Shown here: piece after piece, positions 48,535 through 58,389 of the stretch
Layout: every line of letters begins with the position of its first letter
Position numbering within the stretch: the first letter of the stretch is position 1
Assembly: GCA_963842525.1 (NCBI GenBank)
Contig: CAWJGT010000021.1
Span: forward strand, 41,187-105,186
Length of the DNA stretch: 64,000 bases
Reading direction: 5' to 3'
Source: an uncultured Holophagales bacterium
Lineage (GTDB): Bacteria; Acidobacteriota; Thermoanaerobaculia; Multivoradales; UBA5704
Made by a program: the position numbers and the translations under genes
Notes under the pieces: generated by a model
Told to the model about the DNA's origin: nothing
The model's input: only the letters and a program-made list of their open reading frames with translations
Database searches by the model: none

Positions 48535-51500
48535 TTACTTCCCTTCGGGCAGGTCGGGACAGGTTCTCTCGTAGGCGAGGCCGGCGGACATGAAACGGCC
48601 CCACTCGGCCTGGCTCAGGTTGCGGCCGACGCTCCGGCAGATGGCCTCGGCATAGGCCGCGGGGCGCGTCCAGCGGAGGCGCACCCGGCGGTCGGCGCCG
48701 CCGGAGATCAACCGCTGGCCTTCCGGCGTGAGCGCCACGGACCACACCCAGCCGCCGTTGTCCGCCAGGCGCAGCGGCTCGACGCCACGGCGGTTGACGT
48801 TCCACAGGCGGACGGTCCCGTCGAGTGCCCCCGAGGCGAGCAGGGCGGGCGGCGAGAAGGCCACGGAGCCGACCGCGGAGGCGTGGCCCGCGAGCACTGC
48901 CGGGGGAGCCGAGGGATCGGCGAGGCTCCAGAGCAGGATGGTCCCCTCCACCGTGCCCGCGGCCAGGAGCTGCCCGTTGGAGCTGAAGGCCGCCGAGCGC
49001 AAGTCGCGTCCGCTGGCGAGCACCTGCGGGGACGCGGGGAAGCTCCACAGCCGCAATCCGCTCGCGGTCGCGGCCGCCAGGCGCGAGCCGTCCGGGCTGA
49101 AGGCGAGTGAGGCGACCCGGGGGCCTGAAGGGAGCAGCACTTCGGTCACGTCGGGATTGGCGGGATGGCGCAGGAGCACTCCCCCGTCGCCGCTGCCGGA
49201 GGCCAGACGGCCGTCGGCCGCCCGGAAGGCCAGGGCACCAACGATGCCGGTATGGCCGGGCAGCGGGCGGGGCGCGCTTCCGGGCTGGGAGAGGTCGCGC
49301 AGCAGGAGCGTGCCGTCGAGCCCGCCCGCGGCGAGATACCGTCCCTGGGAGTCGAGCGCCAGCGAGCGGACGCCGCCCGGCAGCCTGGCCGCGACCTCCG
49401 GATTACCGGTTGCCTGGCGCAGATCGAGGAGGCTCACCGTGCCGTCGTCGGCGCCGGCCGCCAGGGTGCGGCCGTCGCGGGAGAGGGCCAGTGCGCGGAC
49501 CGCGTCAGACTGCGGGAAAACGGGCTCCGTGCCGGGGGCGACGCGGAGGGCTCCCTGACGGAGAGCGCCGAACACATTGGCGTCTTCGGGATCGCCGTCT
49601 TCGCGCTGGTGGATCCGCCAGGCCTGGAGGGCGAGCAGCGCGGCGAGCTGCCGCTCGTCGGCGTCCTGGAGGCGCGCGAGCTGAGCGATCAGGGAGCGGC
49701 TGAGCTGGAGCTGCCCGAGGCGCCGGGCCTCCTCGGCGGATTCCTGGGCCTGCCGGCGGAGGTCGTCGGCCCTCTCCTTCTGCTGGCTGATCTCCACCGC
49801 GGCTGCCTCCGCCTCTGCCCGCGCCTCGCGGGCCCTATCCGCCGCGGTCTCGGCCGCCGCGCGAGCGTCGTCGGCCCGGCGCTTTTCCTCCAGCGCCACG
49901 ACCGCGCTCTGGCTCGCCCGGAGGCGCTCGCTGTCCGCCACCCGCCTCTCCGCCTCGGCCGCCCGCCGCGCCCTGTTGGCCGCGATCTTTTCGCGGTCTG
50001 CGGCGCGGCGTTGCTGCTGTGCGAGGATCGTCTGGCTCTGCGCCTCGTTCGCCTTTTGCAACGCCAGCTGCGCCTGCTCCTCCGCCTTGTTGGCCGAGGC
50101 CTTGGCCTGCGACTGCCAGACCACGGCGAAGATGCCGAAGAGGAGGATGAGGAGGGCGGCCGAGCCGAGGATCACGGCCAGCCAGCGGACTTTTCGCAGC
50201 TCGCCCAGGCGCTGCAGCTCGCGCGACGCGAGGGCCAGGTCGCGCTCCCGCTCGCTATATTCCAGGAAGAGCAGGCTGCGCTCGAACGCGAGGTCGTAGC
50301 GCTGCGCCCAGAGCGCCGTCGGCTTCTGCCGGTCCCGCCAGTTGAGGGCCACCTGCAGCTCGGGGTCGCGCCACAGCCCGGCGGTCCCCTCCTGGTATTG
50401 CGTTGCGGCCTTCGACAGGCGCAGGTAGAGCTGCGCCGAGCGCGCCTCCTCGTCCACCCACTGGTGGAGCCGGGTCCAGGTCCGCATCAGGCTCTCGTGG
50501 GAGATGTCGAGGACGGTATCGGCGGTGAGCAGGACGCGCGCCGGCGGCATCAGGAAGGAGCGCCCCGGCCGGCGGAAGCGCTCGACCACGGCCACCACCT
50601 CCGTCTCGGTCGCGCCCGCCAGCTCGCAGATCTCGCCCAGCCGTGTCGGGCGGCGCACCCCGCGGGCGTCCGAGCCCTTGTCGGTCAGCGCCTTGAAAAG
50701 GGTCTCGGCGATCTCGCGCTCGCGGTCCGAGGAGAGCTCCAGGTAGGCCTTCTCGGCGTGCAGCGAGAGCGCCTCCTTCATCGTGCCGGTGGCTTCGTAG
50801 TGGCGCAGGTCCAGGGGCTCGTCCTCGCCGTGATGGCCCGACCAGTAGTCCCAGGTCCGCATCAGGGCGTGCTGGAGGATGGGGAGCTGGTCGGGGTCGT
50901 CCCCCATGTCGTTCAGGAGGCGCAGCACCAGGCGAGGCGCGACCTCGGCGCCGCCCACGGCCACCGGACCGACGATGGCGGCGCGGCGTTCCTCGCGGGT
51001 CATCCGGGGCACCAGGTACTGCCCGTCGTTGACCGCCTCGGCCAGCCCGGGGAGCTCCGTGCAGTTGCCGATGAAGTCGCTGCGCATGGTGAGGACGACG
51101 TAGATTGGAACCTCTCCCTGGCGGACCGTCTCGAGGAGAAGGCTCGCGAACGCCGTGGCCTCGTCGCGGGAGTTGCTGATCCGCGGGTTGCGCTTGAAGC
51201 GGAAGAGCTCCTCGAACTGGTCGACCAGCACCAGCAGGTTCTCGCCGGCCGGCAGGCGCGCCTGGCGCACGCACTCGATCAGCCCCCGGGTGCTGCGGTG
51301 CAGGGTGGCGTCGAGGATGGAGCGGTCGACCTGGGCCATCTCCGGGTCGCCGCCGCGGCCGAGCACCGCAGGTGCGTTGAGCGCCGTCGCCAGATTGCCG
51401 ATGGGATCGTCCCCCGGGCGGAAGATGGCGACCCGCCAGCTCGAGCCGGCCTGGACCATGAAGCCGCCGTGGAGCGACGGGATCAGCCCGGAGCGGACGA

Positions 51501-51675
51501 GCGACGACTTGCCGCTCCCCGACGTGCCCACCACCGCCAGGAACCGGGTGCGGCGCAGGCGTCCGAGCAGCTCGTCGACCTGCCGCTCGCGGCCGAAGAA
51601 CAGGTGCTCCTCCTCGGGCTCGAAGCTGCGCAGGCCGGGGAAGGGATTGAAGCCGACCGCCGTGTCGAGGATCAC
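48535..51675 (-). CDS. nSTAND1-type NTPase with TM helix, coiled coil and C-terminal WD40 repeats
   Basis: GTG start overlapping the TIR stop; NPFPGLRSF..LFFGRE, GTSGSGKSS, LVDQFEELF, LTMRSDF, DQLPILQHAL, DISHESL; TM WLAVILGSAALLILLFGIFAVVW; about 7 WD40 repeats. Confidence 0.95.
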   Translation of the reverse strand: MILDTAVGFNPFPGLRSFEPEEEHLFFGRERQVDELLGRLRRTRFLAVVGTSGSGKSSLVRSGLIPSLHGGFMVQAGSSWRVAIFRPGDDPIGNLATALNAPAVLGRGGDPEMAQVDRSILDATLHRSTRGLIECVRQARLPAGENLLVLVDQFEELFRFKRNPRISNSRDEATAFASLLLETVRQGEVPIYVVLTMRSDFIGNCTELPGLAEAVNDGQYLVPRMTREERRAAIVGPVAVGGAEVAPRLVLRLLNDMGDDPDQLPILQHALMRTWDYWSGHHGEDEPLDLRHYEATGTMKEALSLHAEKAYLELSSDREREIAETLFKALTDKGSDARGVRRPTRLGEICELAGATETEVVAVVERFRRPGRSFLMPPARVLLTADTVLDISHESLMRTWTRLHQWVDEEARSAQLYLRLSKAATQYQEGTAGLWRDPELQVALNWRDRQKPTALWAQRYDLAFERSLLFLEYSERERDLALASRELQRLGELRKVRWLAVILGSAALLILLFGIFAVVWQSQAKASANKAEEQAQLALQKANEAQSQTILAQQQRRAADREKIAANRARRAAEAERRVADSERLRASQSAVVALEEKRRADDARAAAETAADRAREARAEAEAAAVEISQQKERADDLRRQAQESAEEARRLGQLQLSRSLIAQLARLQDADERQLAALLALQAWRIHQREDGDPEDANVFGALRQGALRVAPGTEPVFPQSDAVRALALSRDGRTLAAGADDGTVSLLDLRQATGNPEVAARLPGGVRSLALDSQGRYLAAGGLDGTLLLRDLSQPGSAPRPLPGHTGIVGALAFRAADGRLASGSGDGGVLLRHPANPDVTEVLLPSGPRVASLAFSPDGSRLAAATASGLRLWSFPASPQVLASGRDLRSAAFSSNGQLLAAGTVEGTILLWSLADPSAPPAVLAGHASAVGSVAFSPPALLASGALDGTVRLWNVNRRGVEPLRLADNGGWVWSVALTPEGQRLISGGADRRVRLRWTRPAAYAEAICRSVGRNLSQAEWGRFMSAGLAYERTCPDLPEGK

Positions 51676-53159
51676 GCGAGCACCCCCACCTTGCCTTGGA
51701 GCTGTTGGAAGAACGGCGCCAGGTCCGCCGGTGAGTAGCCATCGATCTGCTGGAACACCAGGGCTTCGTGCGTGCGGAACCGCCGCTTCTGCGGGTTGTC
51801 GGGCCCGGCCACGAAGACCCCCCGCGCCCCAATCGGCCGGGTACGGCCGTAGGCGGCGCTCTTCTGCACCTCCCGCAGCTTCTGGCGCAGCCACAGCTCG
51901 CTGCCGGCGCCGTAATAGAGGAGGACGGCGTCGCAGAGGGCCAGGCTCTCCTCATGGTCCCGCCGCACCATGGCCTCATCGCCTTCGAACACCGGCAGGA
52001 TGACCTCATGGCCCAGGCCGAAGAGGTGGTCCTCCAGGGCTGCCGTCTGGTCGAGGTCGCGTTGGTCGCAGATGAGATAGATGCGTGTAGGCCCGCCATC
52101 CGCCGGCCGCTCGGGCGCCGCAGCGGCAGGCGCGAGCCGCCGGTGGAGGGCCACCTTGAAATCCTCGAGCGGCGTCTCCAGGAGGTCCGCACCGTTCTGC
52201 AGCCGGGAATCCGTCTGCAGATGCTGGAGGAAGCGCTGCTGCCGCTCGTCGCGGGTCTCCAGGCCGGGAGGGATCCAGATCAGCCGGGAGAAGCCGCCGG
52301 CGGATCCGCGCTCGATGGCCAGCTCGTGCTGGAGCGCCACGATCGACTCCGTCGCCCCCTCGGGCACCACGCCGTAGTTCTGGCCCACCATGTGGACCGA
52401 AAGGCTGCAGCGGCCGAGCTGCTCGCGTACGAACGCCTCGCACTCGGGCCCATAGAGGGGCAGGGGCCGGTCGGGCAGCACCGTCCAGCCGTGCTCCTGC
52501 AGCTCGCGCTTGACCGTATCCCGTTGGTCCTTGAGATCGAAGCTCGCCTCGGCCAGATAGACCGCCCCGCGGCTGGGGCTGGCGGGGGCCTCCCCGGCGG
52601 CGTCCTGCTTTTCGAGGATCGACAACAGGTCGGAAATATCGTGGGCGAGGTCGTCGAGCCGCGTCCAGTAGTGGCGCTGGATCTCGGGGTCGGCGATCTG
52701 CGAGAGCTCCCGCTGCCGGCCGGTCTCGGGCTCCACGACGAAGAAGTCATAGCCCAGCAGATCCTGGAGCTCCGAGGGGTGCTGCTCCAAGGGAACCGGC
52801 GTCTTGACCACCTTGAACACCCGTGCCTTGTTGGCGACACGCACGCCGCCGGTGCTCTCCGAGGCGCGATAGAACTCCTCGACCTCGCGCAGGCACCAAT
52901 CCGATTTGACGTAGCGGGGCGACAGGACCGAGACCAGCAAGGCGGTGTGGGGAAGCTTCTCGCACAGCTCGTCGGCGAAGTAGTCGTTGCCCTGGAGCTT
53001 GGGGTCGCGGAAGATCCTGGGCGGCTTGCCCAGGAGCTGGGCCAGGCGGACCTCCAGAGCGTGGTGGAAGGTCGAGATCCAGCCCTTCTGTCCCTCGGTC
53101 AACGCCTGATCGTCGATGTGGGCGTAGCTGAGGAAGACGTCGCTGTCGAATCCGTTCAT
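51672..53159 (-). CDS. Multi-TIR-fold protein (TIR + DUF4062-like + TIR-like)
   Basis: DVFLSYAH..IFRD..LSPRYVKSDWCLRE (catalytic-position Glu); second fold VYLAE..SLSVHMVGQNYG; third fold IYLICDQRD..CDAVLLYYG..W. Confidence 0.85.
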   Translation of the reverse strand: MNGFDSDVFLSYAHIDDQALTEGQKGWISTFHHALEVRLAQLLGKPPRIFRDPKLQGNDYFADELCEKLPHTALLVSVLSPRYVKSDWCLREVEEFYRASESTGGVRVANKARVFKVVKTPVPLEQHPSELQDLLGYDFFVVEPETGRQRELSQIADPEIQRHYWTRLDDLAHDISDLLSILEKQDAAGEAPASPSRGAVYLAEASFDLKDQRDTVKRELQEHGWTVLPDRPLPLYGPECEAFVREQLGRCSLSVHMVGQNYGVVPEGATESIVALQHELAIERGSAGGFSRLIWIPPGLETRDERQQRFLQHLQTDSRLQNGADLLETPLEDFKVALHRRLAPAAAAPERPADGGPTRIYLICDQRDLDQTAALEDHLFGLGHEVILPVFEGDEAMVRRDHEESLALCDAVLLYYGAGSELWLRQKLREVQKSAAYGRTRPIGARGVFVAGPDNPQKRRFRTHEALVFQQIDGYSPADLAPFFQQLQGKVGVLA

Positions 53160-53344
53160 CCTCACCTGACCGGCCTCACATAGGGACCGCCGTCGCCTGT
53201 CCGGCCGACGTTCATGTCACAAACCTCCGAAGCTCAAGGTTTGCAGTATCATAGATCATGCCTGCCCCCGTGAGTGGGGCGAGAATCAAGAAAAACCTGA
53301 AAGTGAAGGACTTGCGCCGCGTGGAGAGGCGACGCCGGCGGCCT

Positions 53345-53391
53345 GTGTCAGACCGTGTCAGATGTGTCAGGACATGTCGGCGTCATGTCGG
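53345..53391. promoter_or_regulatory. Five helically phased TGTC direct repeats upstream of the TIR operon
   Basis: TGTC at 53346, 53356, 53365, 53375 and 53386 (gtgtcag x3, atgtcgg x2). Confidence 0.4.
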
Positions 53392-53406
53392 CACGCCGTA
53401 GACCCG

Positions 53407-55486
53407 CTATTCGTCGTCCTGCGGCGGAAGATCGCTCTCCGGCTCGGACCGTTTCCGCCAGCGCCGCCAGTGCAGGACGAGCGCCCAGGGAACCAGGATC
53501 CACCAGCAGACGAGGACGGCCCACAGGCCGAAGGAGGGCCGGTTGGCCAGGGTCAGGAAGGTGTTGTTGCCGAAGACATTGTCGTTGACCAGATAGGTCC
53601 AGGTGGAGGAGGGACCCCGCAGCCCTTCACGCTCCCAGTCGACGCCGTCCGCACTCCTGGAGCTCGCAGCGCTGGTGCTCGAGAAGCTGCCAGTAGGTGA
53701 GCAGCCGGGCACGGAGATCGCCGTGCTGGCCTTCGACGATGCGCTGCACGCGCGCCACCTCGCGCCGCACGGCCGGATGATCGACGGCCCGGTCCGCCTC
53801 TCCGGATTCACCGGCCGCGCGCAGTCCCTGCAGGAGCTTCGGCGGCAGCAGCCGCTCGATGCCGCAGCGTTGCAGCAGGCTGTCCTCCAGGCTGAGGATG
53901 AACCGGGACGAGCCGGGGTCGCCCTGGCGGCCGGCCCGGCCTCGCAACTGGTCGTCGATGCGCCGGCTCTCGTGGCGGTTGGTGCCGAAGATGTACAACC
54001 CGTCGAGGGCCATGACCGCCTCGCGCTGCAGCTCGCCCGCTCCCCCGAGCCGGATGTCGGTGCCGCGGCCCGCCATGTTGGTCGAGATCGTCACCGCGCC
54101 CAGGGCGCCTGCCTCGGCCACGATCTCGGCCTCCTCGGCATCGTTCCTGGCATTGAGCACGCGGCAGGCGATCCCGGCCTGGCGCAGGTCGGCGGCGAGG
54201 CCCTCCGACTCTTCGACGCTGACCGTGCCCACCAGGATCGGCCGGCCGGTGGCATGGGTGCGGGCGATCTCCTCCAGGAGGGCCCGCCGCTTCGCCTCCG
54301 TGGAGGCATAGATCACGTCGGGGTGATCGACGCGGATGCACGGCCGGTGCGGTGGGATCGGCGCGACTGTCGAGGTTGTAGACGCTGGGCCAGCTCCGGT
54401 GGCGGCGGGCCGCGCCGTGGCGGTCATGCCGCAGAGCCGCGGATACTTCCGCAGGAAGTGCTGGACGGTGATCGAGCCGAGGATCTTGCCTTCCGGCTGC
54501 GCAGCGCAATCCTTCCTTGGCCTCCAACGCCGCCTGCAGACCGTCGGGCCAGTGGCGGTTCTCGGCGACGCGGCCGGTGAGCTCGTCGACCAGCTCGATC
54601 CGGCCGTCGCGGACGATGTAATCCACGTCGCGCCGCAGCAGGGCCTCGGCGTGCAGGGCGTTGCGCACCTCGGCGAGCAACCGCACGTTCTCGCCGACAA
54701 AAAGGTTTCCAGCAGCCGAGGAGCTTTTCGGCGCGGTGCACGCCGTGCTCGGTCAGGAAGATGTTGTGCGCGTACTCGTCCGTGTCGTAGTCGCTTTCCC
54801 GCTTCGAGCCGGCGGGCGATGCCGGCCAGGCGCTCGAGGTCGACGCCCGTCTCGTCGAGCGTGCCGGCAATGACCAGGGGGATGCGTGCCTCGTCGATGA
54901 GGATCGAGTCGGCCTCGTCCACCAGGCCGAGATGGAAAGGCCGGTGCACCTGCTGGCCGCGATCGAAGCAAAGGCCGTCGCGCAGGAGGTCGAATCCAGC
55001 TTCCTTGACCGTCAAGTAGGTGACATCGCAGCCGTAGGCCCGCTGCCGCTCGGCGGTCGAGAGCCCCTCCTGGACGCAGGCGACGGTGAGCCCAAGCCGT
55101 TCGTAGATAGGCCCCATCCAGGCGGCGTCGCGGCGGGCCAGGTAGTCGTTGTAGGTGAGGACGTGCACGCCGCGGCCGGTGAGCGCGTTGAGCACCACGG
55201 GAGCGACCGCCGCCAGCGTCTTGCCCTCGCCGGTCTGCATCTCCACCAGCTTGCCCTGATGCAAGGCGATGCCGGCGAGCATCTGGACGTCATAGGGCCG
55301 TTGGCCGAGCGCCCGCCGGGCGGTCTCGCGCACCAGCGCGAAGCAGTCCGGCAGGAGAGTGTCCAGCGGTGAGCCGTCGCGGGCCTGCCGGCGCAGGTCC
55401 CCAGCCCGGTTGCCCAGCTCCTGATCGCTGGCGCGGGCAAGATCCGCCTCCCTGGCGTTGATGGCGTCCAGCTCGGAGCTCGTCAA
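53407..55486 (-). pseudogene. secA2: Accessory SecA2-like translocase ATPase with multiple frameshifts and apparent deletions
   Basis: EMQTGEGKT, TYNDYLARRDA, VDEADSILIDEARIPL, STNMAGRGTDI, QLRGRAGRQGDPG, GPSSTWTYLVND spread over at least four ORF pieces. Confidence 0.85.
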
Positions 55487-55555
55487 GGATAGGGGCCTCT
55501 GCGGTGATCATACCCGCTTTCGGCTAGAATCTCCGGATCTCGAAGGAGGAGAGCC

Positions 55556-56110
55556 ATGATCCGTTTCAGCCGCATGGGGCTCGCCGGCGCGGCGTTGCTC
55601 GTCCTGGCGCTGCCGGCCGTTGCGCAGCGCGAGATCCAGAAGCCGCGGGACAACTGGCAGCAGCCGGGCGAGATCCAGGTGCCGAAAGGCATCCAGGCGA
55701 TCCGCGCTCAGGAGGAGCGGTGCAGCAAGCGCTTCCTGATGGTCTCGGATGCGCTCTTCGAATTCGACAAGGCCACGCTCTCGCCGGATGCCGAGGAGAC
55801 CTTGCGGGCCCTGGTCCCCCTCCTCGCCAAGGCCGGCAAGCATCCGGCGACGATCGAAGGCCATACGGATGCCAAAGGCGCCGACGCCTACAATCAGACG
55901 CTGAGCGAGGCGCGGGCCCGGACGGTCAAGGACTGGCTCGTAGCCCAGGGGGCGCTCCCCGCGACGACGCCCACCCAGGGCTGGGGCGAGCAGCGCCCGG
56001 TCGCACCCAATGCCAAGCCGGACGGCTCGGACGATGCAGCCGGGCGCCAGAAGAACCGGCGGGTCGAGGTGGTGCTCGACCTCTGCGGCCAGGCGGGCCG
56101 GGCCCGGTAG
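55556..56110 (+). CDS. OmpA-family periplasmic protein
   Basis: Signal peptide; LFEFDKATL, IEGHTD, YNQTLSEARA, NRRVEV; RBS aggagg. Confidence 0.95.
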   Translation: MIRFSRMGLAGAALLVLALPAVAQREIQKPRDNWQQPGEIQVPKGIQAIRAQEERCSKRFLMVSDALFEFDKATLSPDAEETLRALVPLLAKAGKHPATIEGHTDAKGADAYNQTLSEARARTVKDWLVAQGALPATTPTQGWGEQRPVAPNAKPDGSDDAAGRQKNRRVEVVLDLCGQAGRAR

Positions 56111-56128
56111 TCGCTTCCGGGCGCCGCC

Positions 56129-58234
56129 TCAGGTTCCCGGAGCCGCGGTGACCTGGAACCGCCGCGCCGCGACGGCCTTGGCCTTGCCGGCGTCACCTCC
56201 CAGGCGCAGCTCCAGCAGGTAGCTCCCGGGCGGCAGGGAGCCGGTCCGCAGGCGCGCAGTCAGGAGATCGGGCTGACCGGCCTCGCCAGGGGTGATGGCG
56301 AGCAGCTCGACATCGCCGCCGGTCGCGGGTTTGCCCGCGGCGGTGAGGATGCGTCCCTTGACCCACGCGCCCTTGCCTGTGAAGCCGTGGCCGACGAGCA
56401 GGAGCTGTGCCTCGCCGGCCGCGGGAAGGTCGGCTTGCGCGGCCGGCAGCACCGCGCGGCCGTGGACGTCGAAGGCCCCCTCGGCCGAGCGCACGAGCAG
56501 CCAGGGATCGTTGGCCGGCGACAGGAAGAGGGCTTCGAGCCGGGGGTCGGGCTCGGCGGAGGTCTCGTCGAGGTGCAGGGGGACCGAGAGGAGAGACAGG
56601 CGCCCGTTGCCGCGGTCGCGGACCAGCACGCGCAGGAGGTGCTGTCCCGGCGGAAGGTCGAGGTTACCGAGAACGCGCACGCCGCTCCGGGCAAGGCGGG
56701 TCCCGACCTTGGCCGGGTCGAGCTCCACGGCCTGCGCGAAAAAGTCGCTGCTGCTCCCCCTCTCGTCCAGGGCATAGCCGAAGACCTCGAGCCCGATCCG
56801 CGTCCCGGAGGAGAGGAGGCGCTGTCCCGGAATCTCGACCAGCACTGCCACGGAGGTGGACTGCGCGCCGGTCCGCAGCGGCACGGCGACGACCTCGACC
56901 CCCAGATCGTCCTGCTCCTCGTCCCCTGCCACCAGCCGGGCCGCTTCGGCGATCCGCTGGACATCCTTCTGCTTGCCGAACGGAAGAGGGGCGAAGAACC
57001 CGCCGCGGTGGTGGAGGCCGACGCCTCGGCCGGCGTTGCGGAGCCGCACCTTCAGGGTGTGATAGGCGCCGTCGGGCTTCACGTCGTCGGCCTGGACGGT
57101 GAGCACGTAGCTATGGGCGCTGCGCCGCAGCGCGCCGTCCAATCCCTGGGCGAGACGGTTCGTCCCCTCGACCAGCGTGCCGCCCGTCTCATTGGCGAGG
57201 AAGAAGAGCCCCTCGGAACGATCGTCGCTCCGCCGTACCCCCGCGAGGTCCACGGAATGGATAACCCAGCCCGAACGCCGCAGGTCCCCGAGCGTGGTTT
57301 CGAGCCTGTCGAGCAGATAGCTGCCGCCCATGGTCGGGTCATCGATGTTCTGGGGAAAGTCGGTGGCGATGGACATGGGGAACCCGTCGCTGAAGAGGGT
57401 CAGGTACTTCCTGCCCACCACGGACCGCAGAACGTCGGCGAGGCCGGCCATACCCTCGGCCATGGTCGCGACGTGACTGCGCTGGCGGGCCTCGATGTGC
57501 GGCTTGTGGAGCACGGACGAGTGGGAAAGAATGTTGTGCTGCAGGAACGAGCCCCAGGTGCCGTCCATCTTGCCGAGGCTGGCGAGCATGTCCGAGGCGA
57601 AGTTGCGGTCGTCGAGGCGCCAGGACTGGGTGAGAAGGTCCCGGGCGCCCATGCCGGTCAGCCGCAGCGGGTCCGGGTTCGCTCGATCGGCCTCCGTGAG
57701 CTCCTTCCCCGTCAACACTCCTTCGAGGGCCGCGAGGATCCGGGTCGCGGCGGCGCGGTCGGACGTGAAGCTGAGCAGCAGTTGGAGCTCTCCCTTGGGG
57801 AGATAGATCGCGATCCCCACCATGTCGGTGGGATTCAGGCCGGTGGCGACGAGCTCGCGGGCGGCGGTGACCCCATGGGCGAGCCGTTCAGGGCGGCTCA
57901 AGGCGAAATCGTAGAGGAACAACAGATGCCGCCGGGCGGCCGGGGACGGTGGCGGGGCGGCAGGAGTGGGCGCCCCCGGCTTGCCCCGGAGCTCCAGGTC
58001 GACCGTCTCGAACGCGACGATCGGCAGGGTGCGGCCCTGTTCCAGGACCTCGAAATCGGCGGCGGTGAGCCCCTTGACCGGATCGCTGCCGCGCCTCACC
58101 TCGACGGGGATCTCTACCAGGGTCACCGCAATCTCGGACGAGACCTCCGGAGTTTCTGCGGCGCGCTCCTGGGCGCCGGCCGTAACGCTTGTCACCAGGA
58201 CCACAAAAGCCAGGACTGCGAGGCTCCTTCTCAT
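56129..58234 (-). CDS. Secreted VWA-domain protein (acidobacterial type)
   Basis: Start MRRSLAV; LVEIPVEV..PVKGLTAADFEVLE, GRKYLTLFSDGF, LANETGG, DGAYHTLKVRL. Confidence 0.8.
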   Translation of the reverse strand: MRRSLAVLAFVVLVTSVTAGAQERAAETPEVSSEIAVTLVEIPVEVRRGSDPVKGLTAADFEVLEQGRTLPIVAFETVDLELRGKPGAPTPAAPPPSPAARRHLLFLYDFALSRPERLAHGVTAARELVATGLNPTDMVGIAIYLPKGELQLLLSFTSDRAAATRILAALEGVLTGKELTEADRANPDPLRLTGMGARDLLTQSWRLDDRNFASDMLASLGKMDGTWGSFLQHNILSHSSVLHKPHIEARQRSHVATMAEGMAGLADVLRSVVGRKYLTLFSDGFPMSIATDFPQNIDDPTMGGSYLLDRLETTLGDLRRSGWVIHSVDLAGVRRSDDRSEGLFFLANETGGTLVEGTNRLAQGLDGALRRSAHSYVLTVQADDVKPDGAYHTLKVRLRNAGRGVGLHHRGGFFAPLPFGKQKDVQRIAEAARLVAGDEEQDDLGVEVVAVPLRTGAQSTSVAVLVEIPGQRLLSSGTRIGLEVFGYALDERGSSSDFFAQAVELDPAKVGTRLARSGVRVLGNLDLPPGQHLLRVLVRDRGNGRLSLLSVPLHLDETSAEPDPRLEALFLSPANDPWLLVRSAEGAFDVHGRAVLPAAQADLPAAGEAQLLLVGHGFTGKGAWVKGRILTAAGKPATGGDVELLAITPGEAGQPDLLTARLRTGSLPPGSYLLELRLGGDAGKAKAVAARRFQVTAAPGT

Positions 58235-58389
58235 ACCATCCTCCCATCTCAAAAAAACGCAAACGTATTCTTGGGGGCAGGGCAAGACGTGTGCCATCTG
58301 TTCCTTCCTCCTGGGGACAGGCGTCATTCGCCACCTGCGGAGGACGCGCCTGTCATTCCGGGGAGACACGTCGTTGTAGGATCTTGACC

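Noticed and set aside
43337-48574. 1745-aa plus-strand ORF and other long antisense ORFs (e.g. 49165..51738, 56387..58387)
   Set aside because: Shadow ORFs opposite well-supported genes in high-GC DNA, with no recognisable motifs
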